Of a DNA stretch of 32,000 nucleotides, positions 1 to 9,065 are shown one piece after another. The notes beneath the pieces were generated by a model, which was not told the DNA's origin, did not search any database, and saw nothing but the letters and a program-made list of their open reading frames with translations. The position numbers and the translations under genes are program-made. The DNA is taken from NCBI RefSeq assembly GCF_018336915.1, contig NZ_CP064923.1, positions 660,001 to 692,000 on the forward strand. Reading direction: 5' to 3'. Position 1 is the first letter of the stretch. Every line of letters begins with the position of its first letter. Source of the stretch: Acaryochloris marina S15 (lineage in GTDB: Bacteria; Cyanobacteriota; Cyanobacteriia; Thermosynechococcales; Thermosynechococcaceae).

Positions 1-396
1 GACATAGAGCAATGCTGGATTGGTTCCGGTGGCTTTAGCGAGTTTCTTTAACTCCTGGGAAATCACATCTGCAGAAGCTGCCTCGCCAAAGAACGGACCA
101 AACTTAGAGGCATAAACCCCTGCAAAGCTGGTTTCAATCGTGGCGATCTCGGTGGGTACACCATCAATAAAAGGAGTATCTGCAGGCGGATCCTCAAACC
201 CCGGGTTGACGTCCGTATTTCCATCCGATTGGCCTGTCATATTGATATCGGATTGACTGGTGGGAGGTGTGCCTGGTGTAATCGGTGGATCTAGCGGAGT
301 TTGGGCCATATTCCGATCAGCAACGCTCAAGGTCATCGCTACCGTCAGCAACCCTAGATTAATGAGGCGAAAAGGGGTTTTAAATATCTTGATCAT
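1..396 (-). CDS. Secreted protein, N-terminal 132 codons only (gene runs off the left edge); lead-in region reminiscent of cyanobacterial CHAT-domain proteins
   Basis: Hand translation of the reverse complement from the ATG (complement of 394-396) gives MIKIFKTPFRLINLGLLTVAMTLSVADRNMAQTPLDPP...FAGVYASKFGPFFGEAASADVISQELKKLAKATGTNPALLYV, with no stop through position 1. The N-terminus is hydrophobic and signal-peptide-like. The ORF is absent from the supplied track because it is open-ended. The CHAT link rests only on my memory of the conserved lead-in (aromatic..Y..FG, about 15 aa, then TG...AL.YV) and is unverified. Confidence 0.55.
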   Translation of the reverse strand, partial: MIKIFKTPFRLINLGLLTVAMTLSVADRNMAQTPLDPPITPGTPPTSQSDINMTGQSDGNTDVNPGFEDPPADTPFIDGVPTEIATIETSFAGVYASKFGPFFGEAASADVISQELKKLAKATGTNPALLYV

Positions 397-455
397 GGTC
401 ACAATAGATTTTTCTATTCAAGTTGGCTATCGATCAGGTCAATAAACGGACTGCT

Positions 456-1733
456 CTAAAACGTGATGGCGTAACCGATGCCAAAAATAAAGCGCACACC
501 ATCTCCGGCGGTGCCAGTAACATCCGTGATTGCTGGGGTAATAATCAGTGGAATTTCACGAAAGGGCCGAAGAGAAAAGCCTAGGGATAAATCTTGGCCA
601 GACCATTCTGCGATCGCATTCACCGGATCAGCAATCCGCAGGGCGACACTGCCAAAAATGCCCGGAGTATCATCATCCGTGAACACATTATTCTCCGTTC
701 GATAGCGTCCTGTCCCCAATCCAGCGGAGACATACATTCGACTAAACAGATCCTTCGTATTTTCCTTGAGGATAAATGTCTTTGACACCACACCATAAGG
801 ACTGGGACCGTCGATATCTCCTGGTCCCCAGCTAATGGCATCGTTGACGCCGACTGCGACGGCAAATAAATCAGGTAACCGTCGATGCAGTTTGAAGCTA
901 ATGATGCCCCGCTCAAAATTATCTAAATCTGTTAGGGTGAGTCCCACATCCAGACCCACATACTTGCGGGCATCGCCTAAGCCAAAGCCAACCCCAATCG
1001 CTCCATCAGAACTATTTGTAAACCGAGTGCGATGTTGAAAGCCAATGCCAACGGAAGCTTGACGCCAGGATTTGCCATAGGCAGAAGGCGTCAGAATCGT
1101 GGTGCTAGGACTATAAATCACCTTGGGCGTTAGCAACTCTTCTCGCAGATCCAACGGGACTTCATCAGGGCTAGAGGGTTGGGTGCGAATACTGGGCCGA
1201 CGACCCGCTGCATCTTCAGGGTTGGGTCCTTCTGGAATCTGAGCAATCTGATCGAGGGTTAATAAAGGTTGAACTGCTGCGGCTGTGGGTAGAAGCCTGG
1301 AGGTGAACTCACCCTCAGAGAAAGTGGGATTTTCTTGCAGTGTCTCATTGGGGGTAGACGTTGTAACTGCAGTCAATGGAGGTGTGAATTCAGGCAGGCG
1401 GTTAGTCGCAGCCTCATCGGAACCATGAGTGATAGCCAGGACTTCCTGTTGAGAGGCTGTAGTGTTGGCGACAGAGGGTAGAGGAGAATTCAATCCTGTT
1501 GGTGCCGGAGGGCTGGTTGCTGCCGAGTCTGGGGCTAGCACAACGCCGAGAGGGGCTGGCGTCCGTCCCATCAGACTCTCTTGAAGGGCTAAATCCTGTT
1601 GGCTAAAAGGGTAAGTATTTTTCAGAGAGAGTTCCGTTGCTCCCACCTGGCTAGGAAAAGAGAGACAAACAGAAATCGAGAGGAGACTCAGATGGCAAAT
1701 AGATAATGGCTTTAACGGCATAAATTTATCCAC
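456..1733 (-). CDS. Putative outer-membrane beta-barrel protein with signal peptide and Pro/Ser/Thr-rich linker
   Basis: 425-aa ORF with an N-terminal hydrophobic leader (LSICHLSLLSISVCLSFPSQVGA) and a roughly 180-aa P/S/T-rich low-complexity region. The C-terminal ~220 aa show alternating hydrophobic/polar strands rich in G and aromatics, ending in ...GIGYAITF (terminal Phe, typical of OMP barrels). No family recognised. Confidence 0.6.
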   Translation of the reverse strand: MDKFMPLKPLSICHLSLLSISVCLSFPSQVGATELSLKNTYPFSQQDLALQESLMGRTPAPLGVVLAPDSAATSPPAPTGLNSPLPSVANTTASQQEVLAITHGSDEAATNRLPEFTPPLTAVTTSTPNETLQENPTFSEGEFTSRLLPTAAAVQPLLTLDQIAQIPEGPNPEDAAGRRPSIRTQPSSPDEVPLDLREELLTPKVIYSPSTTILTPSAYGKSWRQASVGIGFQHRTRFTNSSDGAIGVGFGLGDARKYVGLDVGLTLTDLDNFERGIISFKLHRRLPDLFAVAVGVNDAISWGPGDIDGPSPYGVVSKTFILKENTKDLFSRMYVSAGLGTGRYRTENNVFTDDDTPGIFGSVALRIADPVNAIAEWSGQDLSLGFSLRPFREIPLIITPAITDVTGTAGDGVRFIFGIGYAITF

Positions 1734-1890
1734 AAATTAAGCGCAATAAATAACAGTCCTCTTGTGCAGACTCAGGAAATTAGACACCCTAGATTGAACC
1801 ATACTGTCAAGGAATGGAAGCTGAAATTCAGAAAATATAAATATCTATAAGATGGATGGAGTGACCGAATCTTGATGATGTGCATAAAAA

Positions 1891-1925
1891 ATCCAGAGAG
1901 TAAAAAGGATAAATACTCTCTGGAT
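1891..1925 (-). terminator. Intrinsic terminator-like hairpin downstream of the COP23 gene
   Basis: Perfect 12-bp inverted repeat ATCCAGAGAGTA (1891-1902) / TACTCTCTGGAT (1914-1925) with an 11-nt loop. On the minus strand the stem is followed by TTTTTTA. It lies about 100 nt after the stop at 2022. Confidence 0.6.
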
Positions 1926-2021
1926 CAAAAATGAATAGTTCAGGCCTAAAAGCCTCAAATACTGATAGCTATAAAGCTGAGGTCTCTAAAAAAACCAGTA
2001 AATTCACGAGGGGCTTATAGA

Positions 2022-2687
2022 TTAGTTGTTTAAGCCAGTATTAGGGCTGACAGGGTCTTCCGTGGTCCCGCCAATGGCACTTTCCGGCTCAGCGATGGGC
2101 GTTCTCTCGTTTAACAATCGCTCAAAGTCAATGACCTCTTTTTTAGGACCTCCCCGGCGAATACTAGTTCGATAGTTGAACAGTTGGCGCAGTACCCGTG
2201 TGGGTTTATCTTTCGGCTCAAGGGTAATTAATAACCCTTGATCTAGGCATTGCCCTGCTTTCTCAGAGATACAAATAACTTTGTAGTTATTCATACTTCC
2301 AGTAGAGACAAATCGCAGTAATCGCTGGTCAGAGAATTGCTGAAATCGTTGGGTTACTGCTTCACATCTTTTGGCAGGAGTCCAAGTTGTGCCAAAAAAG
2401 TTACTTTCCCAGACAATGAGCTCAATCATGCCTCGCTCAGTGTGGGCTACGGTCGATAATTTATCCGCCTCATTTTTACATTCATAGCGAATTCTGGATT
2501 TTACCGGTTGGTCTGGTGAAATACCCGGTTTGATTTGGGGAGAGGTGGCATTTTCTCCTTCTGAGACCTTGGGGATAGCAGGGATGCCGGGTGTCGATAA
2601 ACCAGGGTCAGCAGAGACTGCTAAGGGGCTGGCAATGGCCGTTAAGAGGAGAGAAGATGTGAGGAGAACTCTAGAAAAATAAGTCAT
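2022..2687 (-). CDS. COP23 (circadian oscillating protein 23) domain-containing secreted protein
   Basis: 221-aa ORF with a signal peptide (LLTSSLLLTAIASPLAVSA). The core YECK...STVAHTERGMIELIVWESNFFG..WTPAKRCEAVTQRFQQF...GSMNNYKVIC......C...LLITL matches my memory of the COP23 family pattern: conserved Cys residues, an RC..V..RFQ motif and an N.Y.VIC motif. Confidence 0.75.
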   Translation of the reverse strand: MTYFSRVLLTSSLLLTAIASPLAVSADPGLSTPGIPAIPKVSEGENATSPQIKPGISPDQPVKSRIRYECKNEADKLSTVAHTERGMIELIVWESNFFGTTWTPAKRCEAVTQRFQQFSDQRLLRFVSTGSMNNYKVICISEKAGQCLDQGLLITLEPKDKPTRVLRQLFNYRTSIRRGGPKKEVIDFERLLNERTPIAEPESAIGGTTEDPVSPNTGLNN

Positions 2688-2801
2688 TTTAATACCTTGA
2701 AGTCGTTGTCACTGGCATAAATCACCCGCATAAATTTTGGCTGGCTGAGGAATCAGCAAGAGGCCTGATAGCTAAGTTGTTGATGACATAGGCAAAGAAC
2801 C

Positions 2802-4754
2802 TCATTCTGAACACAAAGGACCAGGGCAGATATTCACCACTTCTTTCTGGGGGGCAGGCTGTGCAGGAGGCTGATAGACAGGCGGGGGAGCCGATCGGGC
2901 AGGGGGGCGATAGACCGGGGGAGGAGCTGAACGGACTGGAGGCTGGTAAACCGGGGCTGACCGAACGGGGGGTTGATAGACCGGAGGAGCCGGCCGGGTG
3001 GCCGTTTGTGCAGGGGGCTGCCAAACGGTTTCGGGGGCTGGCCGATTGGCGATCGCAGTTTTGGCATCCTTCTGGATTTGATCGGCGATTTTCTGCCAGT
3101 ATTCTGGGGTTTTGATTTGTTTGGCGGTTGCGATCGCATCTTCCTCACGCCCTTCCTTTAAGGCTTTTTTAGCTGCCGTGATCTTTTTCTCATTGGCACT
3201 ATGTTTGTCTTGCCACTGCTTGGATTCTCGCTGGGCCTTTGTCTTGACGACGCTGGTGGTGGGAATTTGTTCAATCCCCGATAAAGCCAGTTTTAAATCT
3301 CCCTTGACTTCATAGTTCTGGCGAGCGTCCTGCAAGATGCGGGCGGACCAATCATCTAATTTCTGGGTGGCTTGAAAATGATAGGTACTCTGATCCGACA
3401 CCTTCGTGATCAGCTGCACAGCTTCCCCAAACTTCGTTTCCTCAGCCAGTTGTTTGGCCTGGCCCAGATAGCACTTCGACAATGGATTCAGCAATTGGTT
3501 GACCGCTTCAGATTGTTGGGTCATGGCTGTTTCGCCCAGGTCAATACATTCAGAATATTTGGCTTGCCCATGTAGTTGGCCCAGGTGAGCTGCCGTTTGG
3601 CTGAGGTTTTTAGGACCCCACAGCAGAAATCCACCAATGCCTGCTCCGACTAAAACCGTAGAGGGCACGAGCACCTGAAGGAGTTTGCGGGATTTAGCAT
3701 TCGTCTTACTGGTCTCATAGATGGGGGCGGTCCCCTTCTCTGGCTGTACCGGCAGTGCCTGAATATTGGTGGCTTGATTGGTAACTTGGTTGGTTGGATT
3801 GTCTGCGGTTACTGTGGTTTGAGGTTGATAAATCGTTGAGGGTGGCTCTGCAGGGTCGTATTCTTTCTCTAACTTGCCGGACGGGGGCATGGCTTCCGTT
3901 TTGGCGGCTGCCAGGGTCATGCTACCCACAACATCAGGTACCTGGTCGAGATCCGCTAATACTTCGGTGACGGACTGATAGCGCTTGCGATAGTCTCGAC
4001 GAACCATCTTGCGCAAAATGTCAGCCATCTCTGGACTGACGTCGGCCTCATTCTGCCAGAGGATTTCGTCTTCTTCACTGCGCTCAAATTCGACGGGACG
4101 AACGCCCGTTAAACCATAGATACCAATGGTGCCTAAAGCGTAGATGTCGCTACTGATATGGGGTTTGCCGCGAATTTGTTCGTCTGGCATATAGCCAGGG
4201 GTGCCGACGGCAATGGTGGTCTCGACCACCTGACTTTGACCGCGATTAATTTGTTTGACGGCCCCAAAGTCCAGCAAAAATACGGCTTGATCCGATAACC
4301 GTCGAATTAAGTTATCCGGTTTAATATCTCGGTGAATAACCCCTAGATCATGGACATATTTGAGGATTTCTAAGCATTCGACCAAGAAGGCTTTAACCTT
4401 GGCTTCTGGCCACCGTTTATCTCCACTCAATTCCTGGGCAATTGAAATGCCATCAATAAACTCTTGGACCAGGAAGAAATCTTGTTCGGACTCAAAATAA
4501 GATAACAGCTTGGGAATCCGAGGATGATTTCCTAAGTTGCCTAGAATACTCGCTTCCTGTTCAAAGAGTCGGCGGGCAATCTCCAGAAATTTAGGATCAT
4601 TAGAATCTGGCTGGAGCTGCTTAATGACGCACTTTGGATAATCTGTTAAATAGGTATCTCGGGCTAGAAAAGTAGTACCAAAAGACCCTTGCGCTAAGGT
4701 TTTTAGCACATGATACCGAGAGGCTATGACTTGTCCGGACATCTCAACCATCAA
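2802..4754 (-). CDS. Membrane-anchored Ser/Thr protein kinase (Hanks type) with extracytoplasmic helical region and Pro-rich C-terminal repeats
   Basis: 650-aa ORF. Kinase motifs present are the G-loop GSFGTTF, VIKQL (Lys), HRDIKPDN, DFG and GTPGYMPDE. A single predicted TM segment lies at about residues 358-380 (LQVLVPSTVLVGAGIGGFLLWG). The C-terminal repeat is PPVYQPPxRSA and the protein ends ...ICPGPLCSE. The exact start (Met 1, 2 or 5) is uncertain. Confidence 0.9.
   Translation of the reverse strand: MMVEMSGQVIASRYHVLKTLAQGSFGTTFLARDTYLTDYPKCVIKQLQPDSNDPKFLEIARRLFEQEASILGNLGNHPRIPKLLSYFESEQDFFLVQEFIDGISIAQELSGDKRWPEAKVKAFLVECLEILKYVHDLGVIHRDIKPDNLIRRLSDQAVFLLDFGAVKQINRGQSQVVETTIAVGTPGYMPDEQIRGKPHISSDIYALGTIGIYGLTGVRPVEFERSEEDEILWQNEADVSPEMADILRKMVRRDYRKRYQSVTEVLADLDQVPDVVGSMTLAAAKTEAMPPSGKLEKEYDPAEPPSTIYQPQTTVTADNPTNQVTNQATNIQALPVQPEKGTAPIYETSKTNAKSRKLLQVLVPSTVLVGAGIGGFLLWGPKNLSQTAAHLGQLHGQAKYSECIDLGETAMTQQSEAVNQLLNPLSKCYLGQAKQLAEETKFGEAVQLITKVSDQSTYHFQATQKLDDWSARILQDARQNYEVKGDLKLALSGIEQIPTTSVVKTKAQRESKQWQDKHSANEKKITAAKKALKEGREEDAIATAKQIKTPEYWQKIADQIQKDAKTAIANRPAPETVWQPPAQTATRPAPPVYQPPVRSAPVYQPPVRSAPPPVYRPPARSAPPPVYQPPAQPAPQKEVVNICPGPLCSE
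2850..2996 (-). repeat. In-frame tandem Pro-rich repeat inside the kinase gene (about 4 copies of PP(P)VY[QR]PP[VA]RSA)
   Basis: Residues 587-635 read RPAPPVYQPPVRSAPVYQPPVRSAPPPVYRPPARSAPPPVYQPPAQPAP. The matching GC-rich DNA periodicity is visible on the plus strand (ggaggctgatagacagg / gggggcgatagaccggg / ggggttgatagaccgga). Confidence 0.85.
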
Positions 4755-5247
4755 CCCAAACGCTCATTCCAACCAATATTTTAAGAGAGTCGACCGATAG
4801 GAATACCAAAAATTACAAGTATTTAAATGGGTATGACTCTGGATCATTTCGTTCACATCCTGCTCTGATAGACCTGAAGTGATCGATCTGATGGGCTGCA
4901 TGCTCTTTCCCAGAGGCTTTCAGTCTTGAACCAGATATCCCGCATCCCACTGGTTAAAAGACAGATTGAAGCGTCTGTTTAGGATCATCGCCACTTGTCT
5001 GAAAGTCTAACTGTCCCTGGGGGTAGGTACAGTGATTTATATCAATTGTCTAGACATTGAGCTAAAGAAATGTGAGTTTTACTACACTCATTTATCTGGG
5101 GTGATGGGCTGCGTTACGCAGATATCAAGAGTGAATCCTCATCTAAAAAGGACAACAGCGATTAGACACGGCTCCTAGCCACTTGGGGATGAAATTCATT
5201 AAGATTATTGACACGCCCTCTTCTCAACTTGCTTGTGAGGTTTAGCT

Positions 5248-5487
5248 TTGTCTGTCTCTGTGAAATTTATGCCTGACGATGTCACCATCGAGGCTGAAAT
5301 TGGTGAGCCATTGTTGACGGTTGCTGAGCGCGCTGGAATTGAGATTCCCACCGGTTGCTTAATGGGATCCTGTCACGCTTGTGAGGTGGATGTTGAAGAG
5401 ATTGGAGAGATGTGTTCTTGTATCTCTTCTGTTCCCCCTGGCTATGGTCAACTGACGATCAATTTATTCTCAGATCCCACCTGGTGA
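5248..5487 (+). CDS. Small plant-type [2Fe-2S] ferredoxin-like protein
   Basis: 79-aa ORF with the Cys pattern C-x4-C-x2-C (GCLMGSCHAC) plus downstream Cys residues (CSC). The beta-grasp-like N-terminus reads VKFMPDDVTIEAEIGEPLLTVAERAGIEIPTGC. The start is a non-ATG (TTG) per the ORF track, so the start is uncertain. Confidence 0.7.
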   Translation: MSVSVKFMPDDVTIEAEIGEPLLTVAERAGIEIPTGCLMGSCHACEVDVEEIGEMCSCISSVPPGYGQLTINLFSDPTW

Positions 5488-6429
5488 TTAAGAAGAGTGG
5501 GTGGGGATAACCTCAGCCACTTTGGCGGAAATAAAGGGAATAACTTCTTCGTTATCGCTGGCCTGTTTGCCCTCGGTAAACACCACTAATAAATAAGGAG
5601 AGCGATTAGGCAATTCAATATAGGCGGCATCATGGCGGACGGTGCTGGTCCAGCCAGCTTTGGACCATACTTTTGTATCTAAAGGAACGCCGCTGCCGAT
5701 AAATCCGGTCACTTGATTTTCTGGATCTGCGGCCAGCACGTCTGGGCTGAGATTCCGCAGCATTAGGTTTAGCATGGCTTGCGATCGCACCGCCGATACC
5801 GATACCCCACCGACAATACTGTGCAGCAGACGGGCTAAGGCTTCTGTGGTCAACCTATTGCGATTGGCTCGGTTTTCTCCCACAAATGCCTGCTCTCGTC
5901 CGTAGGGACCATCTCCCCAGGTTTTTTGATTGGCATTGATGGTGCCCAGTTCCGGCCAGCCCAAGGATTGAAAATATCGATTGACGATATTGCGCTGGTA
6001 CTGCCAGGTCTTAAAGGGTTCAGGGGATAACTCAGGACCGCTGGTGGTGCCGGTCAGCATATCCACTACCAGACCCGTACCATCGTTACTAGAGTCAACA
6101 ATCATGTCCCGCATCGCCCGCTCTAATTCAGGGGAGGGCTGCATCATTCCCGTTTCTAACCATTCATGGGCAGCGACGAGATAAAACAGCTTGACCACAC
6201 TGGCTGGATAAATACATTCCACCCCGCGATAGCTATACCCCCGCACCGGATATTGCCAAAATTCCTGGGGACTGATGCTGCCTCCTGTATTCGTGATGAA
6301 AGGTGGATCATACACAAGCCAAGTTATGGCCAGCTGATTTTGAGCTAACCAAGGAAATTTAGTCCAGACCTCTTCCACAATGGATTGGCCTTGAGATTGG
6401 AGCTGATCATCTGATTGAAAAAACGGCAT
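5488..6429 (-). CDS. Class A beta-lactamase-related serine hydrolase
   Basis: 313-aa ORF carrying S-x-x-K (ASVVKL), an S-x-N-like motif (DSSNDG) and K-[ST/A]-G (SKAGWT) in the expected order and spacing. Confidence 0.75.
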   Translation of the reverse strand: MPFFQSDDQLQSQGQSIVEEVWTKFPWLAQNQLAITWLVYDPPFITNTGGSISPQEFWQYPVRGYSYRGVECIYPASVVKLFYLVAAHEWLETGMMQPSPELERAMRDMIVDSSNDGTGLVVDMLTGTTSGPELSPEPFKTWQYQRNIVNRYFQSLGWPELGTINANQKTWGDGPYGREQAFVGENRANRNRLTTEALARLLHSIVGGVSVSAVRSQAMLNLMLRNLSPDVLAADPENQVTGFIGSGVPLDTKVWSKAGWTSTVRHDAAYIELPNRSPYLLVVFTEGKQASDNEEVIPFISAKVAEVIPTHSS

Positions 6430-6751
6430 GGCTCAGTAAGAATTTGGGCAAAGGGCAAGCTTTATCAACAGCAGACTAACACCATTTTCGATTCCCTAAC
6501 AGGCCAAAAAAATCTGGCGAAAATGTCTAGATTGAAGGCGATAAGATTCCTAAATTCTCTTTTTTCCTCTATTGTTGAATTATTTCTTAAGGTGAAGTGA
6601 CATTTCTAGGGTCAAATCAGGGCAAACTCTAGAAGAGGGTCTAATTCTATTAGGCAAGATTCTTGTTCAATCTGATGCATTATCAAGAGATTGTTTAGAA
6701 CTAGACTGGTATTTTTCAGCCCTTACTCATTAGTGGATGTAGGAGTTAAGC

Positions 6752-7294
6752 GTGGCAGGTCACAAAATCTTAGTGATTGATGACAGCAAGGTCATTCGTA
6801 TGCGTGTCCGGGATATGCTGCCGGAAGGTGACTTTCAGGTTTTAGAAGCTAAGGATGGTGCAGAAGGCTTAAACTTGATTCGGCAAGAACGCCCTACTTT
6901 AATCATGTTGGACTTTCTGTTACCCCGAGTTAGTGGTTGGGAAGTCTATCAAGAACTGCAAAATGAGAACGATCTGCAGTCCATTCCCTTGGTCATCATG
7001 TCAGGTCGAAAGGAAGAAGTCACCGATAAGCTGACAGAACCCTTCGAATTTTTTGAATTTATTGAAAAGCCTTTTGAGAAGCATCAATTGCAAAAGGCGA
7101 TTAAAGGTGCCTTTACTAAGTCTCGATTACCTCGACTCCGTACGGAAGCCAGTAAGCCTGCAGAGGCTGCTCCTGCCGTTGACAATACTGAGGTGATTGA
7201 ACTACGCCAGAGAGTAGAGTCGATGGAAACTGAGATTGCTAACTTGAAGCGGGCATTGACTCAACTCGTGAACTTCGTAAAGCAAAAGCTTTAG
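6752..7294 (+). CDS. CheY-like response regulator (receiver only) with C-terminal coiled-coil tail
   Basis: 180-aa ORF with KILVIDDS, a putative phospho-acceptor in LIMLDFLLP, VIMSGR and EKPF. The tail (IELRQRVESMETEIANLKRALTQLVNFVKQKL) is heptad-like. GTG start with GGAG 8 nt upstream. Confidence 0.85.
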   Translation: MAGHKILVIDDSKVIRMRVRDMLPEGDFQVLEAKDGAEGLNLIRQERPTLIMLDFLLPRVSGWEVYQELQNENDLQSIPLVIMSGRKEEVTDKLTEPFEFFEFIEKPFEKHQLQKAIKGAFTKSRLPRLRTEASKPAEAAPAVDNTEVIELRQRVESMETEIANLKRALTQLVNFVKQKL

Positions 7295-7313
7295 GGATTT
7301 CTCTAGACATCAT

Positions 7314-7916
7314 TTAATCCAGATCTCGTCGCCCTTCTAGTGCTCTAGCAAGGGTGACTTCGTCTGCATATTCTAAGTCACCCCCCATGGGTAGACCAAA
7401 GGCAATGCGCGTCACGCGCGTAAAGGGTTTGAGCAATTGACCGACATATAGTGTGGTAGTTTCGCCTTCCACACTGGGGTTAATGGCCAGAATCACCTCT
7501 TGGGTCTTCGCTTGGTGAACCCGGCGGATCAGGGGTTGGACATTCAGCTGATCGGGGCCAATGCCATCCATGGGGGAAATCAAGCCGCCAAGCACATGAT
7601 ATTGGCCCTTGAATTCCCGCGTTTTTTCTAGGGCAATCACGTCTCTGGAATCGGCAACCACGCAAATCACCGTCTTATCGCGACTCGGGGCACGACAAAT
7701 ATCGCAAACGGGGTCAGCGGACAAATGAAAGCAAACAGAACAAAAACCGACCTGTTGTTTGGCCTCGATTAAGGCATTGGCGAGGGCTTCGACTTCGGCA
7801 GTCGGTCGTTTCAGCAGATGCAGGGCTAATCGCTGAGCACTTTTAGGGCCAATGCCGGGGAGTCGCTGCAGTTGCTCAACCAGTCGGGCTAAGGGCCGGG
7901 TATAAACCGTACTCAC
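7314..7916 (-). CDS. recR: Recombination protein RecR
   Basis: 200-aa ORF with the N-terminal HhH ([20 protein letters not shown]), the C4 zinc finger (CSVC...CDIC) and a Toprim region ([15 protein letters not shown]). GTG start. Confidence 0.95.
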   Translation of the reverse strand: MSTVYTRPLARLVEQLQRLPGIGPKSAQRLALHLLKRPTAEVEALANALIEAKQQVGFCSVCFHLSADPVCDICRAPSRDKTVICVVADSRDVIALEKTREFKGQYHVLGGLISPMDGIGPDQLNVQPLIRRVHQAKTQEVILAINPSVEGETTTLYVGQLLKPFTRVTRIAFGLPMGGDLEYADEVTLARALEGRRDLD

Positions 7917-7958
7917 AGTCGGATGCCTCTCGGTAGGGATAGAGCTGAGGTCATTATT

Positions 7959-9065
7959 TTAGCCTTTGGTTTCCGGTTGCTTAGAAGCCCGTAAGGCGGC
8001 AATGATGTCTTGATTAGCTTTGGGAAAGGGATACTCATCTAGCTCTGCTAAGGTAACCCAGCGAATTTCATCACATTCAATAGCCTGGGGCTCACCTTGG
8101 ATATGGTGGCAATGATGAACCATGAGGGTGACTTTGAAGTGGGTGTAGGCGTGATTGACTGTAATCAAATGATCGTCAACGCCAATCTCAATACCCAGTT
8201 CTTCTTTGATCTCGCGGCGAATGCAGTCTTCCACGGATTCTTGGGGTTCCACTTTCCCACCTGGAAATTCCCATAGGCCACCCAGTAATCCTTTTTGAGG
8301 GCGTTTATCGATCAGCACCTGGTTTTGGTCATTCCAGATCACGGCAACGCCAATTTGTTTATGGGGCACTGGGGCTTTCTGTTCGGTCATGGGTAAGGTG
8401 GTTTGCAGTTGATGGCGGTAGGCTTGGCAATCGGACATCCAGGGGCAGCGATGGCACTGGGGTTGCTTGGGGGTACATAGGGTTGCCCCGAGGTCCATAA
8501 ATGCCTGGTTGAATTCCCTAGGATACTCTGGATCGAGGAGCGCTGTGGAGGCTTCCCACAGATCGGCTAACACTTTTTTCGGTGGCACCTGGATGGCGAG
8601 TAGCCGGACTAATATGCGCTTGACGTTGCCATCCAAAATGGGGGTGGGCTGGTTAAAGGCGGCGCTAAGGATTCCCCCGGCAGTGGTTCGACCGATGCCG
8701 GGTAAGCTCACCACTTGGTCAAATTGCTCTGGGAAAGTCCCGTCCCAGTCTGCGATGACTTGTTGGGCAGCTCGATGCAAGTTCCGCGCCCGAGCGTAGT
8801 ACCCCAGTCCTTGCCAGACTTTCAGAACATCCTGTTGGGGAGCGGCTGCTAGGCTGGCAATGGTGGGGAATTGGGCTAGCCAACGTTGATAATAAGGAAT
8901 GACGGTTTTAACCTGGGTTTGCTGGAGCATGATCTCTGAGACCCAGATGGCGTAAGGATCTCGGGTTTGTCTCCAGGGGAGATTTCGTCCTGACTCTTGA
9001 TACCAAGTTCGCAAGGCAGTCCTCAATTTTGCGACTGGTAACTGATGTAGCTTAGAATCTGTCAT
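7959..9065 (-). CDS. mutY: A/G-specific adenine DNA glycosylase MutY
   Basis: HhH-GPD motifs are present (LPWRQTRDPYAIWVSEIMLQQTQV, LPGIGRTTAGGILS). The [4Fe-4S] loop is C-x6-C-x2-C-x5-C (CTPKQPQCHRCPWMSDC). There is a C-terminal Nudix-like domain (GLWEFPGGKVE...E.REI.EELGI). I prefer the ATG at 9065 to the TTG at 9068 used by the track. Confidence 0.92.
   Translation of the reverse strand: MTDSKLHQLPVAKLRTALRTWYQESGRNLPWRQTRDPYAIWVSEIMLQQTQVKTVIPYYQRWLAQFPTIASLAAAPQQDVLKVWQGLGYYARARNLHRAAQQVIADWDGTFPEQFDQVVSLPGIGRTTAGGILSAAFNQPTPILDGNVKRILVRLLAIQVPPKKVLADLWEASTALLDPEYPREFNQAFMDLGATLCTPKQPQCHRCPWMSDCQAYRHQLQTTLPMTEQKAPVPHKQIGVAVIWNDQNQVLIDKRPQKGLLGGLWEFPGGKVEPQESVEDCIRREIKEELGIEIGVDDHLITVNHAYTHFKVTLMVHHCHHIQGEPQAIECDEIRWVTLAELDEYPFPKANQDIIAALRASKQPETKG

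Noticed and set aside
260-445. 61-aa plus-strand ORF
   Set aside because: It lies almost entirely antisense to the better-supported open-ended minus-strand CDS (1-396). It has a Gly/Val-rich low-information sequence and no RBS.
2722-3161. Several 60-104-aa ORFs on both strands overlapping the 3' end of the kinase gene
   Set aside because: They are alternative-frame artefacts of the GC-rich Pro-codon repeat, with Pro/Ser/Arg/Gly-rich translations. The kinase frame is continuous and motif-supported.
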